Source of the DNA: Lepidodermella squamata | Lineage: Eukaryota; Animalia; Gastrotricha | DNA: 64,000 nucleotides | Assembly: GCA_047495785.1 (NCBI GenBank) | Contig: JBLDXI010000002.1 | Span: 558,001 to 622,000, forward strand | Reading direction: 5' to 3' | Part shown: piece after piece, positions 1 to 13,752 of the stretch | How the letters are laid out: each line of letters opens with the position of its first letter | How positions within the stretch are numbered: position 1 is the first letter of the stretch | Made by a program: the position numbers and the translations under genes | Notes under the pieces: model-generated | Database searches by the model: none | The model's input: only the letters and a program-made list of their open reading frames with translations | What the model was told of the DNA's origin: nothing

Positions 1-5
1 TTTAC

Positions 6-3000
6 CTGTTTCAAGGAAGACTTTAGTCGATTTGTTGTCATTCGGCTCGCATAGGAACGCCTTGACTTTGAATGAAAATAAATTTTCGTCCAGCAACGAT
101 TCCTGTTTCGAGTTCTCTAGGCCTGTGATCTGCGGGAGATCGGGCACAACAGCTTTGCGTGGAGCTACTTTCTTGTCGGTTTTCTCATCCGTCTCAGTCT
201 TAACAACAGTTTCAGCCGTAGTTGAAGCTGCAGCTGTGGTTGTAGTTGCTTCGGTGGTCAGACAAGTCCGTTGGCACTCGGCCTCTTCCTTGAAGAGTTT
301 CAGGCCTCGAATACAGCCGCCGTAGTTGTACTCTGTGCATTTACCGCTTTCAGTATCGAAGTAGTACCTGTGGCGTGGAGTGGAAAATAGCAAATGCTTT
401 TTCGGTGAGAACTTGGAAATTTACATGAGAATAGTAGCACGGCAATCCTCGACATCTTTAGCGACAGGCGCTTTCCAACCAGAGCACTTATCGGTGCAGT
501 TGAATTCGTCGAAGTCGTTTTTGCAGTCGCCGTAGAAGCCATCGCATCGTTCTGAAAACATGAAAGAAATGCCTTGAAACATCAGCAATGTCAATCTAAT
601 TTAAGTTTCAAAAAATTTTAAATCTTTCTATTTTTTCAAATTTTCAAATTTTCCTGAAATTTTCTGAAATTTCCTATATTCTCAATTTCTTTGTATTTTT
701 CCTAATTTTTCTGATATTTTCCAAATTTTTCCAATTTTTTCTTGGAATTTAATGGAACTTCAGGAACGTCACCTCGTTTTCATGGAAGAGAACTTTAATT
801 TAATTAATTAATCAAACAAAGCTGAGTTTGCAATCACTTTAGAAATTCCACGCAATAACTTGGCATATTTCTAAAATTTTATAAAAAATTCTAAATCTTT
901 CTAAAATTTCAGAAAATATCCTGAATTTCTCCACAATTCAAACACGATTTCTAAATTAATAATTAATTAGTTACTAATCTGTTTAGTTAATTAATTTAAA
1001 ATTTGAAATGAAATGAATTTTTTAAATCAAGCCAACAGGGACATTTCTCCGGGCAAATATTTGCTCGTAATAAATCTTGACTTTTTTGTTTCATGTGAAT
1101 TTTACCTGTGTCAAAAACCACTTCGTGCGACATTGGGTTCTTCGGATTGCAGCGGAACAACTTCTTCTTCTCAACGATAATTTTACCATTTTCGTCCATG
1201 CTCATGACATCCGACATGTCGTCAAAGTCTTCAACAAACACATTCAGGAAATCATCGAGCGAACCTTTGCGAGAAGCTACTTTCCTGTCGCTTTTCTCAG
1301 CCTTTTCATCAGAAGCAGAACTTGTGGCGGTGAAAGTCTCGGTTTTCAAGGTCGTAGCTTCGGTCGTAGTTTCAATATTCTTGACCTCATCAGAGTTGAC
1401 AGCGGAATTCTTAATCTCGTTGGATTCAACCGGCTCCTTGTAGAAGAATCCGTCGCATTCAACCTGGCACTCGTCGGCCGTTTTGAACATGTTCGTGACC
1501 TTGGCACAACCGCCGTACTTGAATTTCTCGCACTTGCCCGATTCGAAGTCGTAGTAGAACCTGGGAATTGAGGCGCGGCATTCGCGGAAATCGTGACGGG
1601 TCGGGTAGCGCCAGCCCTTGCATTTTTCGCGGCAGTTCTTCTCGTCGGCGCCGTTGTCGCAGTCGTACCGGCCATCACAGCGGGCTTAAAAGTATTTGAA
1701 AAAAAATTTCACAATTATTTTCTACTTTGGAGTGACAATTTAACGGAATATGCCTAGATTCCTTTATAGGGGAACATATATTTCTGAAAATTCAGAACCA
1801 TCAGGAAATTATTGTGGATATTTTATTCAATTTTTTCTAGGATTGCTGGGGCAAAAGGGTGCTCAGCAGCAGCTTCAACCCCGCATTCAAATTGAAAATA
1901 ATTTAGAAAATTTAAAAATTTGGATTTTAAAATTCCAGCATTTTTTCAATATTTAATGTTATTTAATGTTATGATTTTTACAGTTGGGGCGATTTTAAGT
2001 AGGTTCCAGAAAAAATTCGGGAAATAAAGACAAAACCGCGTGAAATTGTGCAGATTCGGAGATTCGTGAATTTCAAACAAAATATTTTTTTATAGGATAA
2101 TGTACCTTCCGGGAAGTAGAACATGCCGGGCACAGTGGTATCGGCTTCGGTGAAAGTGGTCTGTCCGAGGCACGAAATATTGCCAAACGGCTTCACTGGT
2201 TCGATAGTAGTTGTTTCCTCGCCATTTCCAGGCGAAAGATCGATAGTTTCGAACTCCAAGGAATCGTCGCCAGTGAATTCGCGCTTCTTTTCTTCGACTG
2301 TTTCTGTAGTAAATAGATCAGAAAATGAGGAATTCGAATCCATCCGAAAGATTCGGAGCTTTTTATCAGGGCGTCCATAAAACTCACCTAGATGGCTGAG
2401 ATCACTTGGACTTGTAAAATTCCTGGCAAAATCAGGAGACTTTCCCTAATTTTCATCAAGCTGAATCCAATGTTCGGGACCTTTGAGGTTTCCTGAGCTT
2501 TTTCCAACCCCAATTTCATGTTTTTCCCAGCAAATCCCAAGTTATCTCAGCCTTCTAGGTGAAATATGATTCTTACTCAATTTTAAAAGGAGAATATTAC
2601 GGTGGAAAATTTTTGAATGTTACATAACCGGAAAGCCGCTCAAGCTTTTTTGAAAAAAATTTAAAATTTTTATTTGAAATTCCTAAACATTTCAATAATT
2701 TTTAAAAGGTTTCACCTTTTTTGCAATTGCCAGCGTAGGTCCACTTGCCGTCCTCGGTGCAAGTCGCAAAATCGTTGCCCGTCATAACGTAACCAGCTAA
2801 GCATTCGAACTTGCGAGTGCTGCCAACCGTGTCCTTGCCGTCGAAAAATTTCTGCCCATCAAGCACTGTCAACTCGCCACATTTTATTTCTTTCAAATCT
2901 ACAAGTAAAAAATTGAAAATAAAAAATGAATGAGGAATAATTAAAATTTCAGTTCAAATTTGAAGTATTTTTTATTTTTTTGTTTAGGAAATTTCGAATT

Positions 3001-3143
3001 TATTTAAATTTCAAAAATTAAAAACCAAAATTTCAATTGAAAACTTTCGAAAATGCAATAAAAAATGGAATTTGATGCATACCTTGAAGATTGGCCGATA
3101 CGCTCGCGACCATGAAACAAAAACCCAACAACTTGGCGACCAT
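6..3143 (-). CDS. Secreted Sushi-(LDLa-Kunitz)n protein, gene A; 3' end runs off the window. Exons 3143-3083, 2898-2716, 2303-2106, 1684-1106, 551-425, 367-6
   Basis: Signal peptide MVAKLLGFCFMVASVSA. Sushi exon (CGELTVLDG...FECLAGY..TC.EDGKW...C). LDLa halves RCDGRYDCDNGADEKNC and RCDGFYGDCKNDFDEFNC, each followed by a Kunitz domain (CRASIPRFYYD..GKCEKFKYGGC..VTNMF..ECQVEC). Thr-rich linkers. All junctions GT-AG with compatible phases. Confidence 0.85.
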
Positions 3144-3437
3144 TCTCCGCCCTAATTCAGTAAAATGATGTTATTTAAACTAGTTTGTCTCAATAAAACT
3201 ACAGAAATTTTAGTATTTATCACGGTTTGAATGCTATTATCAACCACGGGGTCACAATCGAAGTGAAATGATTTCGCGCGCGAGTGTCTGCTCGATTCTG
3301 ACACGCGATTTCAAACTGGCACCAATAATAAACATCACGTGTGGTGGGCAAATAATTCTGCCACCTTAATTGTAAAGGAGTAGGGCCGGTTTGCAGGTAA
3401 AATCCGCCCCGGGTGCAAATGACTGAAAATAATTTTA

Positions 3438-3760
3438 CAGCGTGCCCCATAAGTAGCGAATTCTGAAACTCTAAAATGACAGACGAAGCCACATCTCATG
3501 GCCACACAAATTTAAGAAAAATTCAAAAACTCCCGAGAATGGTAATCAACTATGTCACTTGTTAATGGGATTAAAAAAATCCGGAGAAATTTGGTCCAAC
3601 CGGGTAAAATACCGAAAATTACCGAACCAGTTACCATCGAAGTTTTCCGGGTTTTTCCCGGTAACTTTTTTATTGCTTTTTTTAAATCGCGGAGAAAAGA
3701 TGGATTATTCTCACGGTAGGTTTAATATAATAAAGTTAGTTGAATTTCCTACAAATGTTG
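3438..3760. mobile_element. Non-autonomous Tc1/mariner-like repeat (family R1)
   Basis: Begins TA|CAGCGTGCCCCA. Aligns by eye with copies at 19520-19765, 30517-30860, 58678-58950 and (reverse) 59850-60115. Confidence 0.7.
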
Positions 3761-5156
3761 CCAGATTAACAAACGGTTGCACATTCCTGGAAAACGTTGT
3801 AGTAATTAGGGAATGATATTAATACTTCATTAAAAAAATCCCGATGCGCCAGCATGCTCAGGTGTTTCGCCAATATTCTGAGACGTTGATACTATTTGAC
3901 GCTAAAAAAAAAAGCCGGCGCGTAGAGATATCCTGTGGGGGTCAAGTGATCGCACGCGATTTAAGAATTTGCGGAAAAGCTGCGGCTAAAAATTGAAAGT
4001 AATTAAGATGAAATTCAACAATTCGTGATATCCACACTATTGCGATATTAAACTGAATATTAATTGAACTAAACATTTTATTTCCAATGTCGAATGAGTG
4101 AGAAAGCAACAAAAGCAACTGATTTCCTTGCACAATCGACGACGGTTTTCTTCCACTTTTTTTGCTGTCGCTGAACCTACTTGACGGATTCGGATTCCTT
4201 GTTAAATTTCGTAAGAATTTTGTAGGTTCGAGAAAGTTGCCAGATTTTAGCAAAACAGACTTTTCAGGTAATTTTTACACCTGCCTCAATGTGCCCTGTC
4301 GCCATCTCTGACCACTAATTCTGAAACTTCAGACTGCTAATGTTTTCGTCCATTCTTAATCATAGACCGATTTTGCCCCTACCGGCCCTCCTTATTAGAA
4401 CATGACCCCGACAAACGCGACTACTATAAAGTTGGAAATATTAATTATATTTGATTGAAACAATTTCGACATTATTGCCAAGTAAATTGGAACTATGTGT
4501 CGATCTAACAAAGTCTACGGATCCGGCTATAGTCCTTTCCTCCTGTGTAGCTTCCTGGCCTAATCTTGTTTTTCCCTAATGCATGGCCAAGTTCGCCTAA
4601 TTCAGCGCTTCACAAACTGGGCTCAAACTGAAAATAGCGACGATTAAGAGTTCATTTTTTGTCAAATTTCCAGAAAATACATATATTCAAAAATAGCGTT
4701 AGCTAAAGCTCGCTTCGCTCGCGTTCCACCTTAAATGACCGAAAACCGGCTGAAAATGTGGTTAGAAGCCAAGCTATGATATGATATTGATGATATTTTA
4801 TAGCTTGAATGCAGAATATTAGAATTTCTAGCATCTTTTCCAACACTGAAAAACGAGAAAAAAATGGGGAAATTGTCTAGGGTAAAAAATTTCGATTTCG
4901 GGGTCGCCAAGGGTTGGATGTTGAGAAGCTCTGACCAAAACAAGCTTGGCACAGCAACACCGTTTGACAATAACTTTCTCAGTTTCGAATTAAAAAAAAT
5001 AAAAAAAATTCGAAAATCGCTGCATCGAAAATCATCCACTCGTAAAAAAGACCGTATTTTTATTATTTGACGTAATATCGGTCAAGTTGAGTAGAAATTG
5101 TTGAAACAATGGAAACATTCATGTAGGAAACGAACAAGACTAGTTATAGGCTCATC

Positions 5157-8100
5157 TCACATCAGAATGTGACGCCTAGCCTTCGAAGCGGTGGTCGATT
5201 CAGTTGTAACGGTAGTTTCAGCCGAGGTTGAAGTTGCGGTCTTTTCGGTGGTTGTTTTGGCGGTCAGGCAAGTTTGCTGGCACTCGGCCTCTTCCTTGAA
5301 GAGTTTCAGGCCGCGACGGCAGCCGCCATACAAGAACTCTGTGCACGTTTGGGTTTCAGTATCGAAGTAAAACCTGTGGCGAGAAATAAAATGGTGAAAA
5401 TTGTGTTTTAGCGATAAGAGTTGGAAATTTACATGCGCTTAGCAGCCCGGCATTTCGAGGGAGTCTTAGCGTCGGGAGCTTTCCAGCCAGAGCACTTTTC
5501 GGTGCAGTTGAATTCGTCGAAGTGATTTTTGCAGTCGCCGTAGAAGCCATCGCATCGTTCTGAAGTTAAATCAAATTAAGAGATAAGAGAGCTGAACTTA
5601 GCAATCGTCTCAAGATTTTAAGCAACGTTTTAGGGCGTTTTTCTACAATTTTCTGAATGATTTCCTAATTTCCCCAAATATGATAGAAACCAGAACGAAT
5701 CCAGATCCAACTAATCCTTTTGACGTAAAAGGATTGGTTCCGCGGTCTTAAAAAGTGGATTAGCGATTTTTAAATTATCATATAATTCAAAAAATGTCCC
5801 AAAATTCAAAAAATTGTCCTTAATTCAACGGCGGTTTTGACACCGTTCACCACGATTTTACGGAAGAATGTGAAATTCATCTGAGAAAACCCGTCAATTC
5901 CCAATATGATTGATTTGAGAATTTTCGGAATTTTCCAAATATTCCAATTTCATTTACAGTAAGGGTAATAACCAGAACCATGAAATTCTCAAAAAATTTC
6001 CAAAACTCGAAAAATTCACAACCTTACTAGCAACCATCATCTCATTCCAAAAGTTCAATCAAAGCAATCGTCAGTTTATAATTTGAAATCAATCATGAAA
6101 TTATTGATTTTGAATATCGAATATCGATAACAAAAATGTCAAACTCGGGGTAAATAGGGCATTTTCACTCTAAAAAAATAACATAATAGGGACAATTCTC
6201 CGTGCAATACTTCGAAACAACTGGCTCGATCATAAAATAAAAAATTGAATTTTACCAGTGTCAAAAATCACTTCGTGCGACCTTGGGTCCTTCGGATTGC
6301 ACCGGAACAACTTTTTCTTTTCGACGATAATTTGACCTTTTTCGTCCATGCTCATGACACTGGACACGCTGCTGTCGAAGTCTTCAGTGACGGAAGGGAG
6401 GAAACCCTTCGAACCATCGAGCAAAATTTTGCGTTGACCTACTTTCTTGTCGCTTTTCTCATCTGTCTCAGCCTTAACAACAGTTTCAGCCGTAGTTGAA
6501 GCTGCAGCAGTGGTTGTAGTTGCCTCGGTGGTCAGACAAGTCCGTTGGCACTCGGCCTCTTTCTTGAAGAGTTTCAGGCCACGAATACAGCCGCCGTACT
6601 TGTACTCCTTGCATTTACCGCTTTCAGTATCGAAGTAATACCTATACGAAGTGAAGCATGAAAAAATGGCTGTTATATAGTAAAAACTGGGAAATTTACA
6701 TTAGAATAGCATCCTTGCAATCCTCGACGTCCTTAATGGCAGGGGCTTTCCAACCAGAGCACTTTTCGGTGCAGTTGAATTCGTCGAAGTCGTTTTTGCA
6801 GTCGCCGTAGAAACCATCGCATCGATCTGAAAATTAAATTAGATTGACAGTGCTTATTTTAAGGCATTTCTTTCCATTTTCTAACATTTCCATGAATTTC
6901 TAAAAATTTCCTGAAATTTATGAAATTTTTATTCTCAATTTCTATAATTGTTTCCTAATTTTTCTGATATTTTCGGAATTTTTCCTTGAAATTTGACGGA
7001 ACTTAAGGAACTCAAGGACCGAACCGCGCTTTCATGGAAGAGAATTTGAAATTTCCCGGAGAAAATCAGTTCAATTCTATGGGTGATTAATTCCAGAGTT
7101 TTATGGGATTTCAATTTCAATTTTTTCAAATTTACGTAGAACCTAGATGTAAATATTAGGAGCTACTTTACCTAATAATTTTCTCAAATTCTAGTTTCCG
7201 GTATTTTTGGTAATTAATTCATCTCATTACAAAAGAAATAACAAAATTTTACCAATATTTAATCAACAAGAATTTTGAAATCAACCACCAATGCCGAATA
7301 AAAATACAATTTTAGGGACATTTCTCCGTGCAAAACCTAGCTAAAAATTAGCTGGATCAGTTTGGAAGTTCAAAAGCCGATAGAAATTAGAATTTGAAGT
7401 TTACCTGATTCGAAAAATAGTTCGTGCGAATATGGGTTATCCAGATTGCACCGGAACGTTTTCTTCTTCTCGACAGTTATTTTACCATTTTCGTCCATGC
7501 TCATGACATCCGACATGCTGTCGTCAAAGTCTTCAACAAAGACATTCATGAAATCATCGAGCGTAGCTTTGCGAGACGCTACTTTCCTGTCGCTTTTCTC
7601 AGCCTTCTCATCCGAAGCAGAAGTCGCGGTGGTAAAAGTCTCGGTTTTCAAGGTTGTAGCTTCGGTCGTAGTTTCCACATTCTTGACCTCATCAGAGTTG
7701 ACAGCAGGGTTCTTGACCTCGATAGATTCAACCGAGCTCCGATCACTAACCGGCTCTTTGTAGAAGAATCCGTCGCATTCAGCCTTGCACTCCTCGGTCG
7801 TCTTGAACATGTTCGTAACCTCGGCACAGCCGCCGTACGTGAACTTTTCGCACTTGCCGGTTTCGAAGTCGTAGTAGAACATGGGAATGGCGGCGCGGCA
7901 GTCGACGAAATCGTGACGGGTCGGGTAACGCCAGCCCTTGCACTTCTCGCGGCAGTTCTTCTCGTCAGCACCGTTTTCGCAGTCGTAGCGGCCATCACAG
8001 CGGGCTGGAAAAAAGTCCAAGTTCAACAATTTTTTACTCAATTTTGCGAAATATTTGTAGATTCAATTGAAGGCAAACAAGTTTTTGAAATTACGGAGCA

Positions 8101-9425
8101 ATCAGATATCAATTTTGCATTTTTTATTCAAATTTTGAAATTTTTCATTTTTATTTAATTTTTAAAAATTTTGAAATTTTATTTTGAAATTTGAAATTTT
8201 TTTAAATTAAATTTTCATTAATTTTGAATTTCGTTAAATTTTAGAAATTTTGAATTTTTTGAAATATACCGAATCTCTAGCAATGATTGCGACTGATTTT
8301 CCAGAAAAATTCAATATCAATCAAGGACTAATTCGGGAGAATAATTACAAATAGCTGTGCAATTTTGCAGGTTTTCCCTAATTTTATGACAATTCGAAAC
8401 ATGATTTTGGGCTCAGGATTTGTACCTTTCGGGTAGTAGAACATGCCGGGCACAACGGTATCAGCGACAGAGTAAGTGGTCAGTCCGAGGCACGAAATGT
8501 TGCCGAACGGCTCAACCGGTTCGACAGTAGTTGTTTCGTCGCCATTTCCAGACGAAAGATCGATCGTTTCGAACGGCTCCAAGGTATCGTCGTCAGTGAA
8601 TTCGCCCTTCCTCTCTTCAGCTGTTTCAACTAAAATAAATGGGTGAGAAAATGTGCAATTCGAGTCAATTGAAGATCCTGAGCTTCTTACCTGGGCGGCA
8701 GTATGGCTTCCCAGACCATTCGCCGTTTTCGGCGCAGATGATAGTGGCTGTTGCTCCGGCGACTTCATAGCCATCTTTGCACGAGATGGTAACAGTTGAG
8801 CCGAATTTCTTGGAACTGGAACCATCGATGATGAAACCATAGGCAACCTTGTCCCAGACTGGGCAATCTAAAAATTAAAAATTATAATCAATTATTGATA
8901 ATTCAAAAATAAATTAAATTTTGAAAATTATCGAACATCTTACCTTTTTTGCATTTCCAGCTCGCTTTCCAAGCTCCAGCTTCGTCGCATGTTTTCGTGT
9001 ATTCGAAAACTGATTCGCCCTCGTTACACGTGGGCGGATTCGGAGCGGCGATCGAGTCGCAAGGCGACGCGGCCTTTTTAATGCAATTGCCGGCGTATGT
9101 CCACTTGCCCTCCTCGGTACAAGTTGCGAAATTATCGCCAGTCAGATCATAACCAGTTAAACATTCGAACTTGCGTGTGCTGCCAACCGTGTCCTTGCCG
9201 TCGAAAAATTTCTGGCCATCAAGCACTGTCAACTCGCCACATTTAATTTCTTTCAAATCTGCAAGTAAAAAAAATTTAAATTTAAATTTAATTATGCGAG
9301 TTCATTGAAATTTAAAAAATTTGAAAATTCAATAAAAAACTAGAAAATGAAATCTCATGCATACCTTGATGATTGGCCGATATACTCGCTACCATGAAAC
9401 AACAAAGCAACAACTTGGCGACCAT
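5157..9425 (-). CDS. Secreted Sushi x3-(LDLa-Kunitz) x3 protein, gene B, tandem paralog of gene A. Exons 9425-9365, 9258-8944, 8867-8691, 8629-8426, 8004-7405, 6826-6700, 6641-6256, 5559-5433, 5373-5157
   Basis: Signal peptide MVAKLLLCCFMVASISA. Three Sushi-like units (the second is shortened). Three LDLa-Kunitz modules with P1 R, K, R. TGA at 5157-5159 and AATAAA about 100 nt downstream. Confidence 0.88.
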
Positions 9426-9655
9426 TTTCCGCCCTGTTCAGTAAAATGAAGTTGTGTTAAACTTTTTATGTACCAATTAAATTAATGAAAGTTTAGTATT
9501 TATCAGGGCTTGAATGTTATTTTCAACCAGTGGGTCACAATCGAAGTAAAATTTTCGCGCGCGCGCGTGTCTGCTCGATTCTGACACAAGTCCACGCGAT
9601 TTCAAACTGGCACCAATAATAACAACATCACATGTGTTTGGGCTAATAATTCTGA
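9425..9655 (-). promoter_or_regulatory. Conserved upstream region shared by genes A (3143-3360) and B
   Basis: About 220 bp of alignable non-coding sequence (GGTCACAATCGAAGT..GCGCGCG..TGTCTGCTCGATTCTGACAC..GATTTCAAACTGGCACCAATAA), then abrupt divergence. Confidence 0.5.
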
Positions 9656-9953
9656 GACCCCTCCATATTAATTAAAAATTTGAAAATGATCCGCACCGAA
9701 AACAATGAGGATTGCAAATTAATTTGGTTAATATAAAATCGAACTATATCGATAATTGAAAATTTATATAGATTTTTACGGTTCCGGTTCACTGCTTCCA
9801 GCTTCAAGGCTCATTTTTTTATGATTTTCGCCTTTTTCTTCAAAAATATCAAGCCCAGGTTCACGTTATAATGGAAACATTGATTTGGATGTCCAAAATT
9901 AGGTCATTTTACCAAATTTTATTCAATGCTAAAAATGCTTATGTAATCAAATA

Positions 9954-10449
9954 TTAGGCCTTCAAAATCAGGTATAATGGTAAAATAATGCTAAGAAAAG
10001 TCATTTCGGGTCCAAATGCTTGAATTTTCGAGCCGGAATTGCACAAATTGCCAGTGCAGCAGTAGATGCTAACGAGGCGGTCCAAGGTGGGCACGCATGA
10101 ACTGGCGCATTGCCGATGCACGTTGTAGTCGATGTAGTGCCAGACGATTTTTGCACAGTAACTCTGAACGGAACTACAATTAAGCCCATACAAATTGGCT
10201 TTGTTCGACGATTGACAATTTTGACAGCTAAATCAAGGTGAAAAATAATTATAAAAAAATTCACCCATTTAAAAAAATCATGAATATTACCTGTAGCACT
10301 GTTTCAAAACCGAGACGTAAAAAATTGAGAAATTTTAATCTAAGTGATTTTGGATATTAAAAGAAAATGTTTACCTCCAAGCAATATGTCATTTGGAAAA
10401 TTGAGAGCAGCGATAATAATGTCGAGGTCAAGCGGTAATTTTGTTCCAT
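9954..10449 (-). CDS. Ly6/uPAR (three-finger) GPI-anchored protein with an 8-nt microexon. Exons 10449-10375, 10298-10291, 10227-9954
   Basis: Splices to MEQNYRLTSTLLSLLSIFQMTYCLE-CYS-CQNC...CCTGNLCN plus a hydrophobic tail. Ten Cys of the LU domain. Confidence 0.75.
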
Positions 10450-11081
10450 TTCGCGTTGGTTCGAGCAATTTTACCAACTTTTTTTAAAGACGTGTTTTTA
10501 TTGAACTCAGTGTTGGTCTCAAAGCCATTTTATGATGAAGTACCGGTAGATTTAGCGTGGTAAATAGTGTAGTAAATCTCTTTGTGTAACACCATGGATG
10601 CATAAACTGTCAGTTATAGACTCAAAGAGTCTCGACATTTTGAGAGCGTGGTAAAATATGAGACCCCAAAAAATTATTAAAATGTTTAACAAAAATAACA
10701 AAAAAACAAACCAAGGCAAAAATTCCACGTCGAAATAAGTTTTATTCAATTATTCAAAATTTATATTGCTGAAATTAATGTTGAGAAAAAATTAAATTTC
10801 ACATTGAAAAAAGTTATTGGGTTGTTATATTATTTATTTATATATGTCGTATCGTATAAGGCAATTCCTCCAATAGCCGATAGAGATATCTCAATGAGCA
10901 ATCCGAAAGTTGCTTTTTCCCTGTTGTTTTCATCAGCCTTCAGGTTTTTGAATTATAATCTATCACACATTAAAGAGCCCGAATAGCCCCATCGATTGGA
11001 CTGCTAATTGATTAATAATGAGTTTAAATGGACCCAGAAGGCCAGAAGACAGTTACTGTGAAAATCCACATTGGAATTTTT

Positions 11082-11432
11082 TTATTTTACAAGAATAATT
11101 AGGCATATTAGGAGAATAATATTGGTTAATCCGAATAATGATTGGTTATCAGCTTCATTGCAAAGATCAGTTTGGCAGCAGTTGATTTCGAAGAAGCCAT
11201 TTTTAAACGGAGTGCAGGTGACAGCACACGATCGGCTGACAAAGTAATCAATGAAGCGGAACGTTGTCTTGGCGCATATCGTCTGAGCAGTCCCGCACGT
11301 TGTGTTCTCGAGCAACGAAGGCGTTTTCACCTTGCAATTGCTGCACGAGTAGCATTGAAATGCGTCCGTCAAGCTGTTGAACGAGATGAGTATCACTAGG
11401 ATGGCGAAAAGTGATGGTGGTAACAACCGCAT
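11082..11432 (-). CDS. Ly6/uPAR (Quiver/CD59-like) GPI-anchored protein, intronless CDS
   Basis: Signal peptide, FQCYSCSNC...CCQTDLCN, hydrophobic C-terminus. Confidence 0.9.
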   Translation of the reverse strand: MRLLPPSLFAILVILISFNSLTDAFQCYSCSNCKVKTPSLLENTTCGTAQTICAKTTFRFIDYFVSRSCAVTCTPFKNGFFEINCCQTDLCNEADNQSLFGLTNIILLICLIILVK

Positions 11433-12667
11433 GCTTTTATTGCGTTTAAAATATGAATGCGCGCATCTTTATTTGTGCGCAGTCGTCAAGGCTGTGTAAT
11501 TTACGTGCGCGGGAAAGTGAGAGAATGTACGTTGGCTAATTACTCGCGCGTCTTTTTGCGTTGAGATAATGGCGAAAATGGTCTTCACTTGAAGAATACC
11601 CTGGGAATTATTTCCGCAAAGATACCATACAACTTCTATTAATTGTAAAAAATACAAAATCGCACTATCAAGCCGTAAATTTTCCAGTGACATAAGTTTT
11701 TACAGACAATTTTGGAAATACAGCGATTTTTTCGATTCATCTTAAAAGAAACATCCTTTTCAGCCACGCCAAAGAACGGAGCGGCATTTTAGAATTGATA
11801 GAACTCGGCGAGGTTTTATCGCTCATTAGGATAGTTTTTTCCGATTTTCGAATTTCTTCGATATTTTCACTCACGTTTTCTTAGGTGGGTACACGCACAG
11901 CAAATGAGTTGTGCCCTCAAACAATGTGGTCCAAGCCAAAAAGTTTGGAGTCCGCAGTCGGAGCCCAAAAAACGCGGGGAGTCCACTAACGCTCTTTCGA
12001 GCATTTTCAAGCCGAAAAATGGGCTTAAAATGCATTAAAAGTTCGAGGATTCATGGGCAAGCTCTAGTTGGTGACCACTTTCAGGTGAGGGAGTCCAATG
12101 GCGCCTGGCGGAGTCCAGGTTCGTAGCCCATTTGGAGTCCAACCTCGAAAAAACTTAAAAACGTTCCGGAGCCCACAAAAAGTCGAAAAGAGTCCAAAAG
12201 CCCACGTTTGGACCACACTGCCCTCAAATATTATGTGCACTCTAGCTGAGCCTGTAGGGAACATTTAATTGTAATACCCATGTATCTACGTCACATGGTA
12301 ATACCCACCGACGTCACAGCCTGGGTGTTAGGCCAACCTTTCAGCTATAATAACAACAGCATTAGTGCTAACCGATAAATTACTACAAAGACAGCTGAAG
12401 CAACGTAGAGAAGAGCGGAGAAGTTCATACGCTCAGTGGGCACTAGCGTCATTTCTTGGTACAAAAGTGAGTGGGGCATCGGTTAGCTCTAATGTTGTTG
12501 TTATTATGGGTCTTATTATTTTATTTCTCTGGGTGGCAGCTGAAAAGTTGGCGAAACACCCAGTCTGAAGTGAATTTAAAGGCCGGGAGCTCGCGTCGGA
12601 ATTCATTATTTCAATTTCCTCTCTTTGGTGAAACATTAATTTCTCTTTCTCCAATTCTCGTCTTGAC

Positions 12668-13063
12668 ATGGCGTCTATAATCGTTTTCATCGCTCTCATC
12701 GCTGTTTCCTGCATTGCAATGACAGGTAAGTAACGTCGCTTAAACAGAAATGCTGTACCAAAAAGCCATTATTCATTTTTTATTTTAGCCGCAGAGGGTT
12801 ACACCGGCTACAAACTGATGCCTGCTGATGAACAGTGTTATAGGCAAACAGCGGAAAAGTTCGTGGGTTATGGCGCCGATGCAGTTGCTTCAGAAGAGCA
12901 ATGCGCCGCAAGGTGCTTAAGGGACAGCCAATGCGATGCATTTGGCTTTCATAAACTCGAGTCTGCTGAGCCACTCTGCAATTTGTGGCACAATTGCACT
13001 GACATAAAAGACTCAAATGGCTACCCTGTGTACATGAAGCTCCCCCTTGTTGATACTAACTGA
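12668..13063 (+). CDS. Small secreted PAN/Apple-domain protein. Exons 12668-12725, 12789-13063
   Basis: Signal peptide MASIIVFIALIAVSCIAMT. Motif SEEQCAARCLRDSQCDAFGF...CNLW with 6 Cys. AATAAA downstream. Confidence 0.8.
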
Positions 13064-13566
13064 CTGCAGGATGCAGAAACCGAGGTCGTGATTCGACCTA
13101 TTTGATGAGCGAGAGTAGAAATAGTTAGTGAGATGCGTGAAGTGAAGGTCGATCATGAATAAATAAAGATACTTTTACTTGAAATACTTGTAGTTTATGC
13201 TTCAGACGAAACCGCACTTTGGTGAGTTTGCTGTTGCGGTTCAACAAGTCGAGATACGCGAGGCAGGTACATTGCGGGGCCCTTACGCTGCCTTTACGCC
13301 TTTATGCGTAAACAGCTGCGTTATTGGCTTTGCAGTCTGATTTCACAGACTGGTAGTTTAGCCTTAAAAGTAACTTTGTATCCTATGCAACCTAGGAAAG
13401 TCGTCTTCATTTCGGGCTATATGCGGTTGGGAATAAAAAATGACCTCTGCTTTTCTCGGGGAAAACTTTTTTTCATCCGACCAATGTCTTTTTTTATCCG
13501 ACCAATGTCTTATTTCATCCGACAACCAAAAATGTGACTAAAACCAGCCGACTTGCTTTTTCATAT

Positions 13567-13752
13567 CGTTAACGACGTTGAATAACTCGGATTTAGGCTT
13601 GTTTACATGCGTTTCAAGGTCATGGGTGACAAGTGAAAAGGGGCTTTGTTAACGTCAATGAGGAGGCATAAACAAAAGTTTTTTATTTGTCACCAGTCGC
13701 CTTGAAACGGATGTAAACAAACCTAAATCCGAGTTATTCAACGTCGCTAACG
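13567..13752. mobile_element. Palindromic MITE (family R2), nested in a larger inverted-repeat element (arms ~13500-13552 and ~13913-13963)
   Basis: Long TIRs CGTTA.CG.CGTTGAATAACTCGGATTTAGG flanked by ATAT on both sides. Second copy at 39805-39992. Confidence 0.8.

Noticed and set aside
1077-1571. Long + strand ORFs opposite genes (also 7424-8158, 46540-47136, 14970-15329)
   Set aside because: Antisense shadows of GC-richer coding exons; no domain signal.
10552-10749. Hydrophobic 65-aa ORF
   Set aside because: TTG start directly after an in-frame stop. The hydrophobicity is explained by T-rich sequence, and no exon partner was found.
11900-12240. GGAGTCC short-repeat region, possible CRISPR or MITE
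   Set aside because: Irregular short repeats without repeat-spacer structure in eukaryotic DNA; only partial inverted ends, so not called.
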